The position numbers and the translations under genes are program-made. Shown here in pieces: positions 24,463 to 37,704 of a DNA stretch of 64,000 nt (positions within the stretch are counted from its first letter, which is position 1; each line of letters begins with the position of its first letter). The notes beneath the pieces are model-generated. The model did no database searches. It saw nothing but the letters and a program-made list of their open reading frames with translations, and was not told the DNA's origin. Origin of the DNA: Phoronis australis (lineage: Eukaryota > Animalia > Phoronida); assembly GCA_002633005.1 (NCBI GenBank), contig NMRA01000620.1:1-64000 (forward strand). Direction: 5' to 3'.

Positions 24463-27400
24463 GAGCGTTGAAATGCGCCCACGAATGCACTGCAAACGGT
24501 GTGCTCCTAGGGTGTTTATTTGTATCATAAAAAGGGCCACTATATAGTGCAAAATACTTTGAATCCATCAAAAAACTGGAAAATGTCACCGTTTTTTATT
24601 TATGTAAATGTATTATTTACAATGAGGGTAGCCCCATCAGTTCACACTGCTTTCCATAGGGGCCCTCAGAAAGCTAACAGAAAGCTATTTACCCCATTTA
24701 ATGAATATCCGTCAAGAAACTTTAGCAAAACAGAAACAAGAGCAACGCAGAGCGTTGAAATGCGCCCACAAATGCATTGCAAATGATGTGCTTTTAGGGT
24801 TATTTACTTGTATCATAAAAATGGCCACTAGATGGCGCGAAACAAACAATCATCCAAAAACTGGAACATGCCATATGTCATAAAATCTGTCAAGGAGCTT
24901 CAGAGAAACAAAGCAAAACAGAATAAAATGAAATTGCCACTAGTGGGCACAGTGTCCGTTGGATCCGCCTGAAAGTCGTCGTCGTCTGTTGTTATCATCA
25001 TATAAATACACTTACTAAATTTAACAAAGATCCTGCAATAGGCTTAGGAGATACAACTATGGGTGCAAAACAAAACTACGACTAGGAGGCGCCACAGTAG
25101 TCAATCACCATCATCTAAGGTCGTCTTCACACTGAAACATATATGTCAATATTCAAATGATTTGGTTGATACAGGGGTAGACGTCAAAAACAAGATTTGA
25201 AACCCGCGAAAATGGCCACTAGGTGGTGAAAAATACCTCGATTCCATCCAAAAACAGAAAGATAGCGTCATCACACCAATAGATGCCTATATTTAAAATT
25301 TTATTAAAATCTGTTGAGGTCCTTTGAAGATACAGAGTTAACGTAAAAAACTAAAGTTGCCACTAGGAGGCACACCAGTAGTCAGATCTGTCCGAAAGTC
25401 ATCGTCGTCCGTAGTCGATATCATATAAATACACTTGCTAAATTAAGTAAAGATCTTGAAAACAGTTTAGGAGACACAGACATGAGCGCAAAAACATGCC
25501 ACTAGGAGGCGACCCAGTAAACGAAGTCGCCAGAAAATCATCATCAGCCGTCCATTTCATAGTAAAAACATACATGCCAATTTTCACAATTATCCTGAAA
25601 AATGTTTGGTTGATAGATTAGTGGACGCCAAAAAACTAGCAAACAGTAAAAATGGCCACTAGGTGGCGCAAACTAGGTCGAATTCATCTGAAAACGGAGA
25701 GATAGCGACACCTCAATAATGGATGCCTACAGCCACGTAAAAAGTAAAATTGCCACTAGGTGGCACACCAGTTGTCAGATCTGTCCGTAAGTCGTCGCCG
25801 TTTGTTGTTAACATCATATAAATATACTTACTAAATTTCGTAAATATCCTGCAAACGGTTTAGGAGATACAGCCATTGGCGCAAGAAAAAACGAAACTGC
25901 CACAAGGAGGCGCCACAGTAGTCGAAATCGTCGGAAAATCATCGTCAACCGTCCTCTTCATAGTAAGAACAAACATGCCAAATTTTCATAATCATCCTTT
26001 GAGCGGTTGGGTTGATAGAGGGGTGGACGCAAAAAACAGACTCGAAAACAGTAAAAACGGCCACTAGGTGGCGCAAACTACGTAGAATTTATCCGAAAAC
26101 GGGAGGATAGCGTCATCTCACTAATAGGTGCCAACATACCAAATTTCATGAAAATCCGTTAAGGGTTTTTGAAGATATAAAGGTAAGCGTAAAAAAAATA
26201 AAATTGTCACTAGGGGGCACACCGGTAGTCGGATCCGTCCGAAAGTTCGCTCATGCCGTCCCATTTATAAATGGAACATATGTGCCAAATGTCATGAACG
26301 TATGTCAAAGGGTTTTGGAGAGAGCAGCGGACGCCGGACGGACGCCGGACGGACGCCGGACGCCGGATGGACGGACGGGCGGAGATGACGGTATAATGCG
26401 TACACATATAAATACGTGGGCGCATAAAAATCAAATTCCCACTAGGAGACAAAGCGTTCATCGGATCCGTCTGAAAGTTGTCGTCTACCGTTATCAACAT
26501 CATATCAATACACTTGCTAAATCTAATAAACATTCTGCATAAGGCTTAGCAGATACAACTAAGGTCGTAAAAACTGTCACTAGGAGGCGCCACAGTAATT
26601 GAAGCCGGAAAATCTTCATCAACCGTCCTCTTCACACTAACAATAAATAAGCTAATATTCACAATCATCCTAAGAGTGGTTTGGTTGACACAGGGTGGAC
26701 GCCAAAAGCAGACAAGCAAACAGTTAAAATGGACACTAGATGGAGCAAAATACGTCGAATCCGTCTGAAAGCCGAAAAATGTCACCGTTTCTTTAAAAGA
26801 AAGCAATTTAAGAAATTTCATGAAAACTCGTCGAGGAACTTCAGAGAAAAAGAGGAAAACAGAAAAAATCAAATTGCCACTAGGGTGCAGTGTTAATCGG
26901 ACCCGTCTTAAAGTCGTCGTCTTCCGTTGCTAACTTGATAAATACACGTGCTAAATTTAAAGAAGATCCTGCACAGGGCGCTAGGAAATACAGATATGCC
27001 TGAGCGCAAAACAAAAAAACAAAGCTTCCACTAGGAGGCGCCACAGTAGTCGAAGCCATCAGAAAAACATCGTCAATTGTCCTCTTTATAATAAGAACAT
27101 CAAGTTTTACAATCATTCCTAGACCGGTTTGGTTGATAGAAGGGTGGACGCCAAAACAGGATCGAAAACAGTAGGTGGCGCAAAATACCTCGAATCCATC
27201 CGAAAACGGAAGGGTAGCGTCACCTTGTTGATATATGCATATGTGCCAAATTTCATGAAAATCGGTTGATGACCTTTGAAGATACAGAGGAAAACGTAAA
27301 AAAACCAAAATTGCCACTAAGGGGCACAGCGGAACTCGGGTCGGTCCGAAACTTGTCGCCCTCTGTCGTCAACCCCATAGAAACACACCCGCCGAATTCC

Positions 27401-27514
27401 AATAAGATCCTGCAAGGGGTTTAGGAGATACAGCCGCGGACGCTTGACGCCTGGACGCCCAGACAGTGATGACGGCAATATGCACCCACATATAAAGATG
27501 TGGGAGCATAAAAA
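24462..27514 (+). mobile_element. Helentron/DINE-1-like non-autonomous rolling-circle element with ~145-bp core tandem repeats (outer copy)
   Basis: 5' subTIR atgcgcccac (~24473), a core repeat array, a GGACG-type microsatellite (27438-27465), and a 3' hairpin atgcacccacat..atgtgggagcat followed by an A-run. This matches HINE/DINE architecture. Confidence 0.75.
24734..26430 (+). mobile_element. Inner, complete copy of the same Helentron-like family nested in the outer copy
   Basis: Starts aaacaagagc; subTIR atgcgcccac (24760-24769); (ggacgcc/ggac)n microsatellite 26329-26380; ends gtgggcgcat-aaaaa (26416-26430), the exact reverse complement of the subTIR. Confidence 0.78.
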
Positions 27515-27854
27515 TCCCCTTAGCGTAGTCACCACGACATAAAAAATTGTGTTTCGTTTGCATAAAATTGATGTATTGGATGAATATAGGTTATACAACG
27601 TACGTGTATGTACCAGTGCGTTATTATATCGAGATTCGTGATACGCAAAAGTATTCATTTGCATATCCTAGTCAAAAATCTGTTTAAACGAGATTGAAAG
27701 AATAAAGAAACGAATAATCCATGTGATGTTTTTAATTCTGATCAGCGGGTTGTAAATCCATCGAGTATTATAATACACACGGTCGTTTGTCTTCAATCGT
27801 ACGATGTTTTTGTATGTAGTTTTATAGGCCCGTAGCTAGGGATCCCCCAAAGTT

Positions 27855-28925
27855 AAGATTTTGAAAGCGATTGCGAACTAGAATATTTGGGACTTCAGTT
27901 GCGGCCTCAGTTATGCTAGCTTTTTGCTTCTCACAGTTAACCAAGTTAAGGATTATGTGTTTTTGTCTTCAAGGCTTTCATTAGACATTATAAATGTCTT
28001 CTGTACCAAGTTTCGTAGATGGGCTCCAACAATTGTTGATTTTGCAAGCGATTTTGGTTTGAATATGTATTAAAATTTGTGCGAATTTCATTATTGGCCT
28101 AAGTCATGCTACATGTAGTTTTTTAGCTCTCAAATATAATCAAGTTAAGGAATAAGTGGTTTTGTTTCCAAGACTTTCATTAGACATGATGACTATTTAC
28201 TGTATCAACTTACGCTGATGTGCTCTAAACATTGTCGATTTTGAAAGCGATTTTGGTTTGAATATGTAGTAAAATTTGTGCGAATTTCATTATTGGCCCT
28301 AGTTATGATAGCTTTTTGCTTCTCACAGTTAACTAAGTTAAAGAGCATGGGGTTTTGTCTTCAAGACATTCATTAGACATGATGAATATGTAATGTACCA
28401 ACTTTTGCAGATGTGCTCCAGAAATTGTAGATTTTGAAAGCGATTTTGGTTTGAATATGTAGTAAAATTTGTACGAATTTCAGTATTGGCCCTAGTCATG
28501 TTAGCTTTTTGCTTTAACAGTTAACCAAGTTAAAGAGCATGTGTTTTTGTCTTCAAGACTTTCATTAGACATGATGAATATGTACTGTACCAACTTTCGC
28601 AGATGTGCTCCAAAATTTGTAGATTTTGCAAGCGATTTTGGTTTGAATATGTAGTAAAATTTGTGCGAATTTCATTATTGGCCCCAGTCATGTTAGCTTT
28701 TTGCTTCACACAGTTAACCAAGTCAAAGACCATGTGTTTTTATCTCCGAGACTTTCATTAGACATTATGAATATGTACTGTACCAACTTTCGTAGATGAG
28801 CTCTAAAAATTGAAGATTTCGAAAGCGATTTTGGTCTAAGTTTGTACAAAAATTATTACGAATTCTAGCTGTGGCTCCATTTATGCTAGGTTTTTGGCTT
28901 TCATATTTTATCAAGTTATAGAACA
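27855..28925. repeat. Satellite-like tandem array, ~193-bp monomer x ~5.5
   Basis: The anchor gcgattttggtttgaatatgt recurs at ~28048, 28247, 28440, 28632 and 28825. Confidence 0.92.
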
Positions 28926-30644
28926 CCAGTTTTCTTGTAAAATATTTACTGACTTCTCAATAAATGAAAGCTTGTATGAGCATGTTTCACTGCTAACCAA
29001 TAAACTTATAAGTCACAAAAACTTTTGATTGGGATTCTTTGGCGAATCAAGTTAACCTCCACACAGAAAATTGAGGGGGTAATAATTCTTCACCTTCACT
29101 TATGTCAAACAACATTTCTAGGTAAGGTCCATTTCGTTTATGGGCCTACAAAGAATTCTGGGCTATAGAAAAATCAGTTATCTTTACAATGCACTGAGAT
29201 AATTCATTGAAGGACATGTTTAAACTGGATTGATAACCCGAAAATAAGTGGGAAACATTAAATATTAAGCCAAAATAGATGAAATATCACTAATTTAGGG
29301 GTCTGTAATAGTGCAGTGTTTAAATATACACTCACACACACACACACACCCACCCGTATATACATAAAGAGTAGGCCCCTATGCCTTCGTTGTATGAAGA
29401 AAAAAAGCGTCAGTTCCAGTCTTTCTGGTGCCAGCCAGAATAAAATCACATTTCGGGTACGTTGAAATATTTTCAGTTTGACGTTATAAGCGATTTTGCA
29501 AAAGCGTTTAATTAAAAATAGGGTACTAAATTCTCAAGTTTTGCTAAAGATACCAAAGCCTTCAATTTCTTTGCTCAAGAAATAAGTTTCTTTTAGTTTT
29601 TGCGAATTGTCAAGACATTTTTATAGGCCTACGAATTGATAACTGTTGTATGGTTTGATAGGCACCTTATTTCAATTCACGCAGGATACTCGTTCGTCTT
29701 GTTCCCACATGAAGTAAGTAATTCCTACTACATATATATTTGCAAGTTCCTTGATATACAACACTATGGAATATAACACTTTAAAAATTGTCTTGTTTAT
29801 CAAGGATTGATCTCAGACTTCATTTTCGGAACGCTCCACGCGCTCAGGACGCATTCAAAGATTTTTAATCTGAAATGTTGTCCTTGGCGAATTCATTTTC
29901 CGTAGCAAGGAAGTGTAAATATTTTACTACAGTTTTTACCCATTGTAGCAGTGATGGGCCATTTTTCCTACGGAGTGTGATTTTATAAAATGATCCTAGA
30001 GTTTTTAATACTTTTCCTGATTCTCTCTAATTATTTCGCTTACTGGAGCTTTGCTACCCCGATTTTGAACATTTTCTTTTTCCCGAATCTTATGAACTGA
30101 ATTTTCTGGACAAAACAATTCCTGTGTTTTCTTTTAGTGTACAACAATATCATGGCATTTTTGTAAGACTTTTCTGAAAGCTGCGCCTGATGATGTAGGA
30201 ACGCTATATCACGCAGGACACCTATTTTCTTCGGGATCATCGCTTTCGGTCAGAACAGGTGTGCGTCGAATATTTTAACTTATTACGTACTACAACAAAC
30301 GATACTGCCTTACTGGGAATATACCCAACCGAGTATTTTTACCCATTCGAGTATTTCTGACATATTCTTGAAGGAAATTCAGTACAAGCGAAAAAACATT
30401 CAGATCGGAGTCACGACGAAGAGCGTCTTCACCGCGACAGGCCTAAGGTCGAGCGACGCCCAGGCCAGGAAATGAAATTCAGAAATATTTTAATCTTATG
30501 AATCAATTATAACTATATAGTCTACAGTATGCCACTTTTTCGAAAGAGCTTTTTACTAATTTGCCTTAAACAGAGGATTCCCCGGTCCGGATGCAGGAAA
30601 ACCTCGGGAATGATCCTACCTAGGTACGGGATTCCTATTCACAA

Positions 30645-30678
30645 GTAGAGAGAAAAAGAGAGAGAGAGAGAAAGAGCG
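30645..30678. repeat. (GA)n microsatellite
   Basis: Directly visible. Confidence 0.8.
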
Positions 30679-31769
30679 ACACGGAGGGTGTCAGGTTTAT
30701 TAACATAAGTAATATTACCTCATAATACAATTTTCAGAGTACAGTAAAACAAACAAAAACATAATCACAACCCGAAAAGTATCAGGCCATATGTGCGCAA
30801 GCCTGTGACTGACCGGCGACTCATATATGAAGTAAATCTAATTACAATTCATTTATTAATGTCTAACATAACAATGACAATTGACCAAAATCGTTGCATT
30901 ATCACACACGTAGTGAACTTCTATTTTTAGGCTTATTTTACAGCTGTGCCTTGCTGTCATCGTTAGGGAAGAAATTTCACGGGGGAAGTTATTTTATGCC
31001 TTACACATAAAATAACTTCCCCCTCAATACCGCGCATGCGCAACAGGGTCGGAGTGGGAAGAAATTTCACGGGGAAGAAACTTTACGTGACAGGTACCCG
31101 GCCAACTTCGCCCGAGTGGTGTTTGGCAATGCCTAGATGATAGGATCGTGTAGACGATTAGAGGAGGTTTTATGTTATTCATGGTCATTGAAAGCACGGG
31201 GTGGATACAGTACCAGGGTAACAAAGGAGTCAAGAGGTAAATGTCTTACCTAAGCTATATAGCAGCGAGAGCGGTCCCAAAATCCCAAAAAGGAGTGCGG
31301 TGTGAATGCCTTAAAATCAACCAAAACCAAAACAACAGAAAATAAGTTTGTCCTCTGCTGTTTTGGTATACTTGATTGCGTAGTACCATAAAGTGCAGAC
31401 ATTTTCAAATTTCGAATTGAAAGTGATCGTCATATATTTTATTCATTTAGTGTCTACTTTGATGGTGGATGTGTGTTTGCGTGTGTTTCTGTTCTTTTAA
31501 ATTCAGTACCCGTCGATGGTCTGTTTACTATTGGCAGTCTTCCGCCGTTGCTCAAGAACCAGACATTTATCTATATTGTTTTCTTGCATTGAGAAATCCC
31601 CGACAAGCATGTTCACATTATTAATGAAAAGTACATGTAGCTCTAGACCCAATAAAAACTTTGGTCAATGACTAAAGTCTTCTCTTGTCAATACGACTGT
31701 CAATGGTGCACAGCCTCGCAGATTTCATACGAACAACAAATTTCATTGAGAACATTTTCAAGGTTACAT

Positions 31770-33634
31770 GTCACCATTCCGAGGGGTCACTACTCCGAAG
31801 TTTAACTACTCCGAGGGTTCGTTAACTTCGAAAGTTCCTTACTTCGAATGTTCATAATTCCGAAACCAGAATTCCGACAGTTCATTACTCCGATGGTCTG
31901 CTAATGAGTGGGAACTAACATTAATAAAGTTTTTTATTTGTGTCCATTTTGTTGCCATTCAAAGGGTGTGCAAGAGTTTAATAGTTATCAAAACATCGAT
32001 TTCTATGTTTACAATTGAGCTCTGTTCCAATTACTGCCAATCGTAATTCCAGAATCTAAGTAACGACTCTTTCTAAAGCAGGGACAACATTCATGTACAT
32101 TAAGGCGAGGGTCAGGGCTGAGGCGACCAATGGTAGTTTTAAATTTTATAAGGCTGAATGAGACTATCCGATTTTGTGAAAAATGGCAGGGACAAGGTAG
32201 CCTGCTAAATACATTTAGTTTCGGTAAGGCCATGCGCGTGGTTCAGGTGGGTGAGGTTGAGGCGCAGTCGTCCTAAACCTTTCAGTGACACTTTGAAAAG
32301 ACGCGACCTTGACACAGATTTGATAAATGAATCATGGTTGACAATAGCGGATTTGCAGCGCAGACGAACTACGCATTGCGCATGTGCGAGTTACTTCCTT
32401 CGCGAAGGCTCATGGGATAGCTTGTGGTCAGGCATGTCTTGAGCAGGCTGGATAGTGTGTGCATTTGGAGTGATTTGCAAACTAAAGCAAATGTTTCATT
32501 TTTTGCTTTATAATACCAAGCAAGTCCTCTCTCTCGTTTGTAAACACAGCGCAGCTATGATCAGTGACCGAGGGCACGACTGTCGTCATGTTCAGTATTG
32601 GGGCTATCGGCGTTGATTTCGAAATCTCCTCCGGTTTCAGACAACTTGAGAGTTCTTGGGTTGCTTAACTTTTGTAGCTTTCGCCGTGTATATGCTAGAG
32701 ACGTTAATTTTAAGAGGANCCGAGGGGTCACTACTCCGAAGTTTAACTACTCCGAGGGTTCGTTAACTTCGAAAGTTCCTTACTTCGAATGTTCGCAATT
32801 CCGAAACCAGAATTCCGACAGTTCATTACTCCGATTGTCTGCTAATGAGTGGGAACTAACATTAATAAAGTTTTTTATTTGTGTCCATTTTGTTTCCATT
32901 CAAAGGGTGTGCAAGAGTTTAATAGTTATCAAAACATCGATTTCTATGTTTACAATTGAGCTCTGTTCCAATTACTGCCAATCGTAATTCCAGAATCTAA
33001 GTAACGACTCTTTCTAAAGCAAGGACAACATACATTAAGGCGAGGGTCAGGGCTGAGGCGACCAATGGTAGTTTTAAATTTGATAAGGCTGAATGAGGCT
33101 CTCCGATTTTGTGAAAAATGGCAGGGACAAGGTAGCCTACTAAATACATTTAGTTTCGGTAAAGCCATGCGCGTGGTTCAGGTGGGTGAGGTTGAGGCGC
33201 AGTGGCCCTAAACCTTTCAGTGACACTTTGAAAAGACGCGACCTTGACACAGATTTGATAAATGTATCATGGTTGACAATTCATCAATGTTCCCACGTCA
33301 TATTCTTTTAGAAATGCAAGTACGTACTCATTTCCCGTATTCTTAAGGCATGTCGGCGATTTTGCATGCGCATGAAATCCAAATAAAGTGTTTTATTACC
33401 CGGGCGTTGTTTTCGGTATAGGTACAACACTGAGTGCATCTAATAAGCGAAGAGTAGTTTATTTTTGCATGCAAAAGTATATAAATTACACCTGGGTCCA
33501 AAATTTAGATATTTTGGGAGTGGGTGAACCTCCGGAGTAGTGAACCTTCGAAGTAGTGAACCTTTGGAGTAGTGAACCTTCGAAGTAGTGAACCTTCGAA
33601 GTAGTGAATCTTCAGAATACTGGGCTGTTCCCAT
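31770..33634. mobile_element. Foldback-type element with subterminal 16-bp repeats (ccgaaggttcactact) and GGGAACAGCCCA terminus; homologs at ~21822-22480 and 39071-39910
   Basis: Inverted arrays of the 16-mer at both ends. Terminus tgggctgttcccat at ~33621-33634 and atgggaacagccca at 39071. Confidence 0.65.
32346..32718. mobile_element. Left end of a second copy of the AT-TSD THAP mini-element, truncated at an assembly N
   Basis: caAT|agcggatttgcagcg..., highly similar to 10849-11212. Confidence 0.85.
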
Positions 33635-33802
33635 ATGCAACGAAGTAAGCAACTTACATGTAAGTAGTACACAAATAAACAATCAGATAAACAAATATGT
33701 CAAGACATTCCCCGAATAAACATATTACCGTTCGAGTGTGTAATGATGTGTATGGCAAGAGGAAACGCGAGAACGTTCTGTTACTTATCGTGAACCATTT
33801 TG

Positions 33803-34780
33803 GTGAAAGAGTGTCTCTTAATCACGACTAAAATTTCGATTGTGTTCAACGACCAAAATTGTTCGCCCATAATTACGCTCGTGATCACGACCGAGACTTC
33901 GCTCGTGTTTTAAGACCGAAATCCCTATATCCAATAAGAAATTGGTTTGCAGGCCACGTGGGCTCTAAAGAAGTTTTACGCTCGTATTTTCCGCTCGTAA
34001 TTTTAGCAAGGCTTAGCATAGTCATTTTCTTTAAGTACGATTTCACGAGACCACCACCAATTAAATTAATACACAGGTGATATTGCTTTTGTTATGCAAA
34101 TGGCTTGTTATTCAAATGTCTTGAACAAAGAGTGAGTGATTTACCAACAACATATAGAAATATTATTACATAATCCTCTGAAACGGTTTTGAACCTATGT
34201 TATTGCGATGTCATACATGTATGTATACCAGTGTGACCCGGTGGGACTCGAAACCACGACCTCGAGAAAGCGAGCAATTATCACACTAGGCCACACTGCC
34301 TCCTCCTATTGTTAAGAGTAAAAGAATGAAACTTTGCCTAAATCAATGAAAAAGCTTGGTTATTTTAACAAATCATATGAAAGCATCGTCAGACAACATG
34401 CCAGATATGTATTTTGGCACAAGATTATGTACTAAAACGAACCACTCTCAAGTGCCTGGGATGGTAAAGGCAGCAAGTAAAAACATTTCAGTCAGTCTTT
34501 TGTTATTTTTAACCTTTTGCACTTATATACTTTGCACCTGAGATTTTACCTTAAGAATTCTTCATAGATGTGAAAAATATGAGCGTGAAATTACGAACGT
34601 AAAATTACGAACAAAAATACGAACGTAAAATTTCGGATGTAAAACTATGAGCGAAAATTTTGAGTTTAAAATTACGAGCTCACAACTACTTTGAAGCTGG
34701 CAAACCAATTTCTCATTGGATATAACGATTCCGGTGGTAAAATACGAGCAAAGTCTCGGTGGTAATGCCAAACACTTTCA
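33803..34780. mobile_element. MITE with long imperfect TIRs nested in copies A and C but absent from copy B
   Basis: Left accgagacttcgctcgtgtttt...tatatccaataagaaattggtttgc is inverted relative to right gcaaaccaatttctcattggatata...aaaatacgagcaaagtctcggt...acactttcac. Confidence 0.65.
34227..34306 (-). mobile_element. tRNA-derived SINE head (Pol III A and B boxes)
   Basis: Minus strand ggcagtgtggcctagtg (A box) ... ggtcgtggtttcgagtcccaccgggtc (B box/T-arm). The anticodon arm is defective, and the sequence is absent from the homologous site in copy A (~22805). Confidence 0.65.
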
Positions 34781-35354
34781 CTGGTACCGCCGCGATACTT
34801 TTTTGGCCACATTACATCCGAATTTGAGCTGCGTTCTTTGCGAGCAACCGTTAAGGCATCCTGATTTCTGGTATAACAAGCTTCGTCTTATCTCTTTGTC
34901 ACACTGGTCAGGTCGAAACTGAACTACATTTTCTGTTTGAGTGTCCGTTTTTCTTAGATGCCAGAAACACCTTTTATTGTCAAGTTGAGATTAAATATCC
35001 ACGATTCCGTGCAGAACGCTGTGAAAGTAAATTAATTACAATCATGCAAAAAGATGTCATAAGAAAAACTTCAGTTTACATCAAAAATATTTTTGAAGTA
35101 AGGAAAAATTATATTTATTTATGATCACTTTTATCTCGGCCTTCTCTTTCTGGTCCTCTTGCAATGCGCGTACACTTGTCTTTTCTTCTTTGTATCATTT
35201 ATCTAAAGTGACTTATAAGCCCCGTGGAGGGCTGGGTGTTCCTAGTGTTTGTAACGTATTCATTGCTTAAATTCATTTGATCACATGTCACTATAATAAA
35301 AAATTACTTTACTTTACTTTTTACTATATCAGGTATTTAGAGCTGAGAGCCTCC

Positions 35355-35694
35355 TAACTGACCTATCCGCCCCCTTGCGAAATGTCGATTAACAATAACT
35401 TTTACAAGGCAACGTGTTGTTTATCGGGTAAAATGGCAACTTTGGAACGACGGTGTGTCAAAGATGCTGCGCTCTGATTGGTCAGTTAAGCCGTCACTCA
35501 ATATTCTGGCGATATGTCAATTGACTTATCCCCAGGATTTTGAGTGAGGCTTACTGATCAATCAGAATGCAGCATTCTTGAAACACCTTCGTTTCCATGC
35601 TGCCATTTTACCCGACAAACAACACGTCGCCAGGTAAAATTTATTTTTTGTTTGTCGACATTTCGCAAGGGGCGGAACTTGCGATAAGTCAATT
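35355..35694. mobile_element. Palindromic MITE (~340 bp, near-complete hairpin)
   Basis: tccgcccccttgcgaaatgtcga...gggtaaaatggca...ctgattggtcag versus ctgatcaatcag...tgccattttaccc...tcgacatttcgcaaggggcgga. Absent from copy A at ~23303. Confidence 0.8.
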
Positions 35695-37374
35695 AAGACG
35701 CGTCAAGGGCCTTACCGAGAACTCGACAGTGTCGACGTTTGCAAAATATCAAAGGTGCACCGTTCTAGAAATTCGAACCAACCGTCGCGTAATGCTGGCT
35801 ACTTCCTTGTTTTAGCTTATTAGTTCATCGAATTTAAAAAAAAATCCTTACTTGGTTGTTTTTTTTTTGCCAGCTGAATGTCGCCGTGATGTTTATTTTT
35901 AACAAAAATTATCGGTTAAGGCATTTTGAAAATTCGCCATTATGTACAGGAAGAGCTGTTTACTACAGTTTATGGTCTGATAATTGCACTTAATTGGGTT
36001 TTATTCGCACTAGACAATGCGGTCACTCACGATTGTATCCGACTCCGGCGCCGCGTTCTCTTTGATACTGGTAAAAGCTGCTCAGAGCGGTGAACATTTC
36101 TGCATATCTTTAGAAATGCGTGACTTCCTGGTACGCGAATTAGAGTATCTTTTGGCCAAACAATTTACAAATAAACGTCCCGTGCAATAGCTGTCTCGCT
36201 ACGAGAAAGGTCTAACCGAAGTCATGCTGTCTCGCGCAATCATAGATTTCTAGAGTTACTCGACCCGGTTTAGAGAAGTAAACAAGGTATTCTTTAGGGG
36301 TAAACAGGTTTACACCTACTCATGCCATTGGTGGTGATACTGGATTCAACAGGTAATAGACGGAAATAAAACGATTTGGAATAACCTGGATACTTAAAGG
36401 ATATTTTAAACCATACTCACACAAATTTGCTATTTTTACATTAGTTCACATATGTCAAGCAAAATATCTTATCTTCATTCTCGGGGAACTTCAAATACGA
36501 AATATATACCGTGTAGTGAGAAAAAAAGACATTTAGCAGAACCACCTTGCAACCTACAGGAAATGCGGCCTGCATGCAGGTAGTTCAGGAATAAAGTAGC
36601 CACCTTACCCGAACTAGTGAGTAGTGGAGCCGCTCGACATCACTTCAACAAGTACGTCTTTCCTGAACCCAGCCTCCCGGTCAGTAACGCTAGGACCTCG
36701 CTAAAAAGCAAGGCTTCGCGACATTACATGAGATAATGCCGTGTAAAATAAATAAAAACACGTGACTGGCTAGGATTTTCGCTAGTTCCTGGCGTTACTG
36801 AACGCCAGGTATCAAACGAAAGTACCCGTTTAAACTCGTGCCCAGAGTCACATGACTTATCTCAGGCTCACCATGCAACGACACATGCACACAGGCACAC
36901 ACACAAACGAACAAAGACAACACCGCATGATGCCACACAACGAGAGAATACCGTCACGTTCGCAATAAACCCCACGACCGCGTGAAAAATTGTTTGCTGT
37001 TTATGCGAGGTCAAAGGTTACGGTGCTGTCACTGTTATCGAATCTCCCGCCAGGCACTGACAGAACAGCTCGCTGGTTCCCTGCATGTCCGCTAGGTGGT
37101 AGTGAACACGCAGGTATCATTAATTTTCCTCGGGAAATGTTTTACACCGGCGTTTCTGATTGGCTGGTCGAATTCTCAACAGGTAGCACTTTACGTAAAC
37201 AAACTGGCATGACTGATGGAGGAAATGTAAGTGCGTTTGTGGTCTCAGTGTTATACAGACAAATCGGCGCAGCTGAATTCCTATTCAAGAAATGTGAGGT
37301 CAAGTTGTGCCTTTTTGGAGTGCATTTTTCTACTGTCGGTGATTTTTGTTTTCATTGCTGCATTGTATTCAAAC

Positions 37375-37704
37375 CATAGGCGGATTTAGGGGGCCCAGCC
37401 CCCCCCCCCCCTTGGCTGCCGCAATTAAAATGAAACAGCAACAGCGTGAAGCGTGAGGAAATATTGAATTCAGCAATTACGACCGGTAGCGGACGAAGGG
37501 GGGCGAGGCTTCAGATCCCAGGCTGCGGCGGGGTGGTGTTCCCGTTTTTAAATTGTTTTTAGTCCATCAATTGGTTTTCCGAACAGGAGGTCCATATCCC
37601 CGGCCCCCGAAACTTTCGGGCCGCCTGTGCACAAACAATAGCGCTTTGCCCAATTCCCCGAGGCAACATGTTACCCCCCTTATGGTATCCTGGATTCGCG
37701 ACTG
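37375..37704. mobile_element. hAT5-like MITE
   Basis: cataggcggatttagg ... cctggattcgcgactg; 5-bp flanks caaac/aaaac. Confidence 0.55.

Larger units (their letters stand above)
31095..35802 (+). mobile_element. hAT5-like composite element, copy C (termini eroded, several extra nested insertions)
   Basis: Colinear with 21002-23413, from tacccggccaacttcgcccg to aattcgaacc...atgctggctac. Confidence 0.8.

Noticed and set aside
24820-27330. CRISPR-like appearance (conserved short motif with variable intervening sequence)
   Set aside because: The spacers are homologous diverged monomers of ~130 bp, there are no cas genes, the context is eukaryotic, and Helentron termini explain the array.
34227-34306. 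Functional tRNA gene
   Set aside because: No proper anticodon arm or acceptor stem, and it is an insertion within a TE copy, so it is better explained as a SINE.
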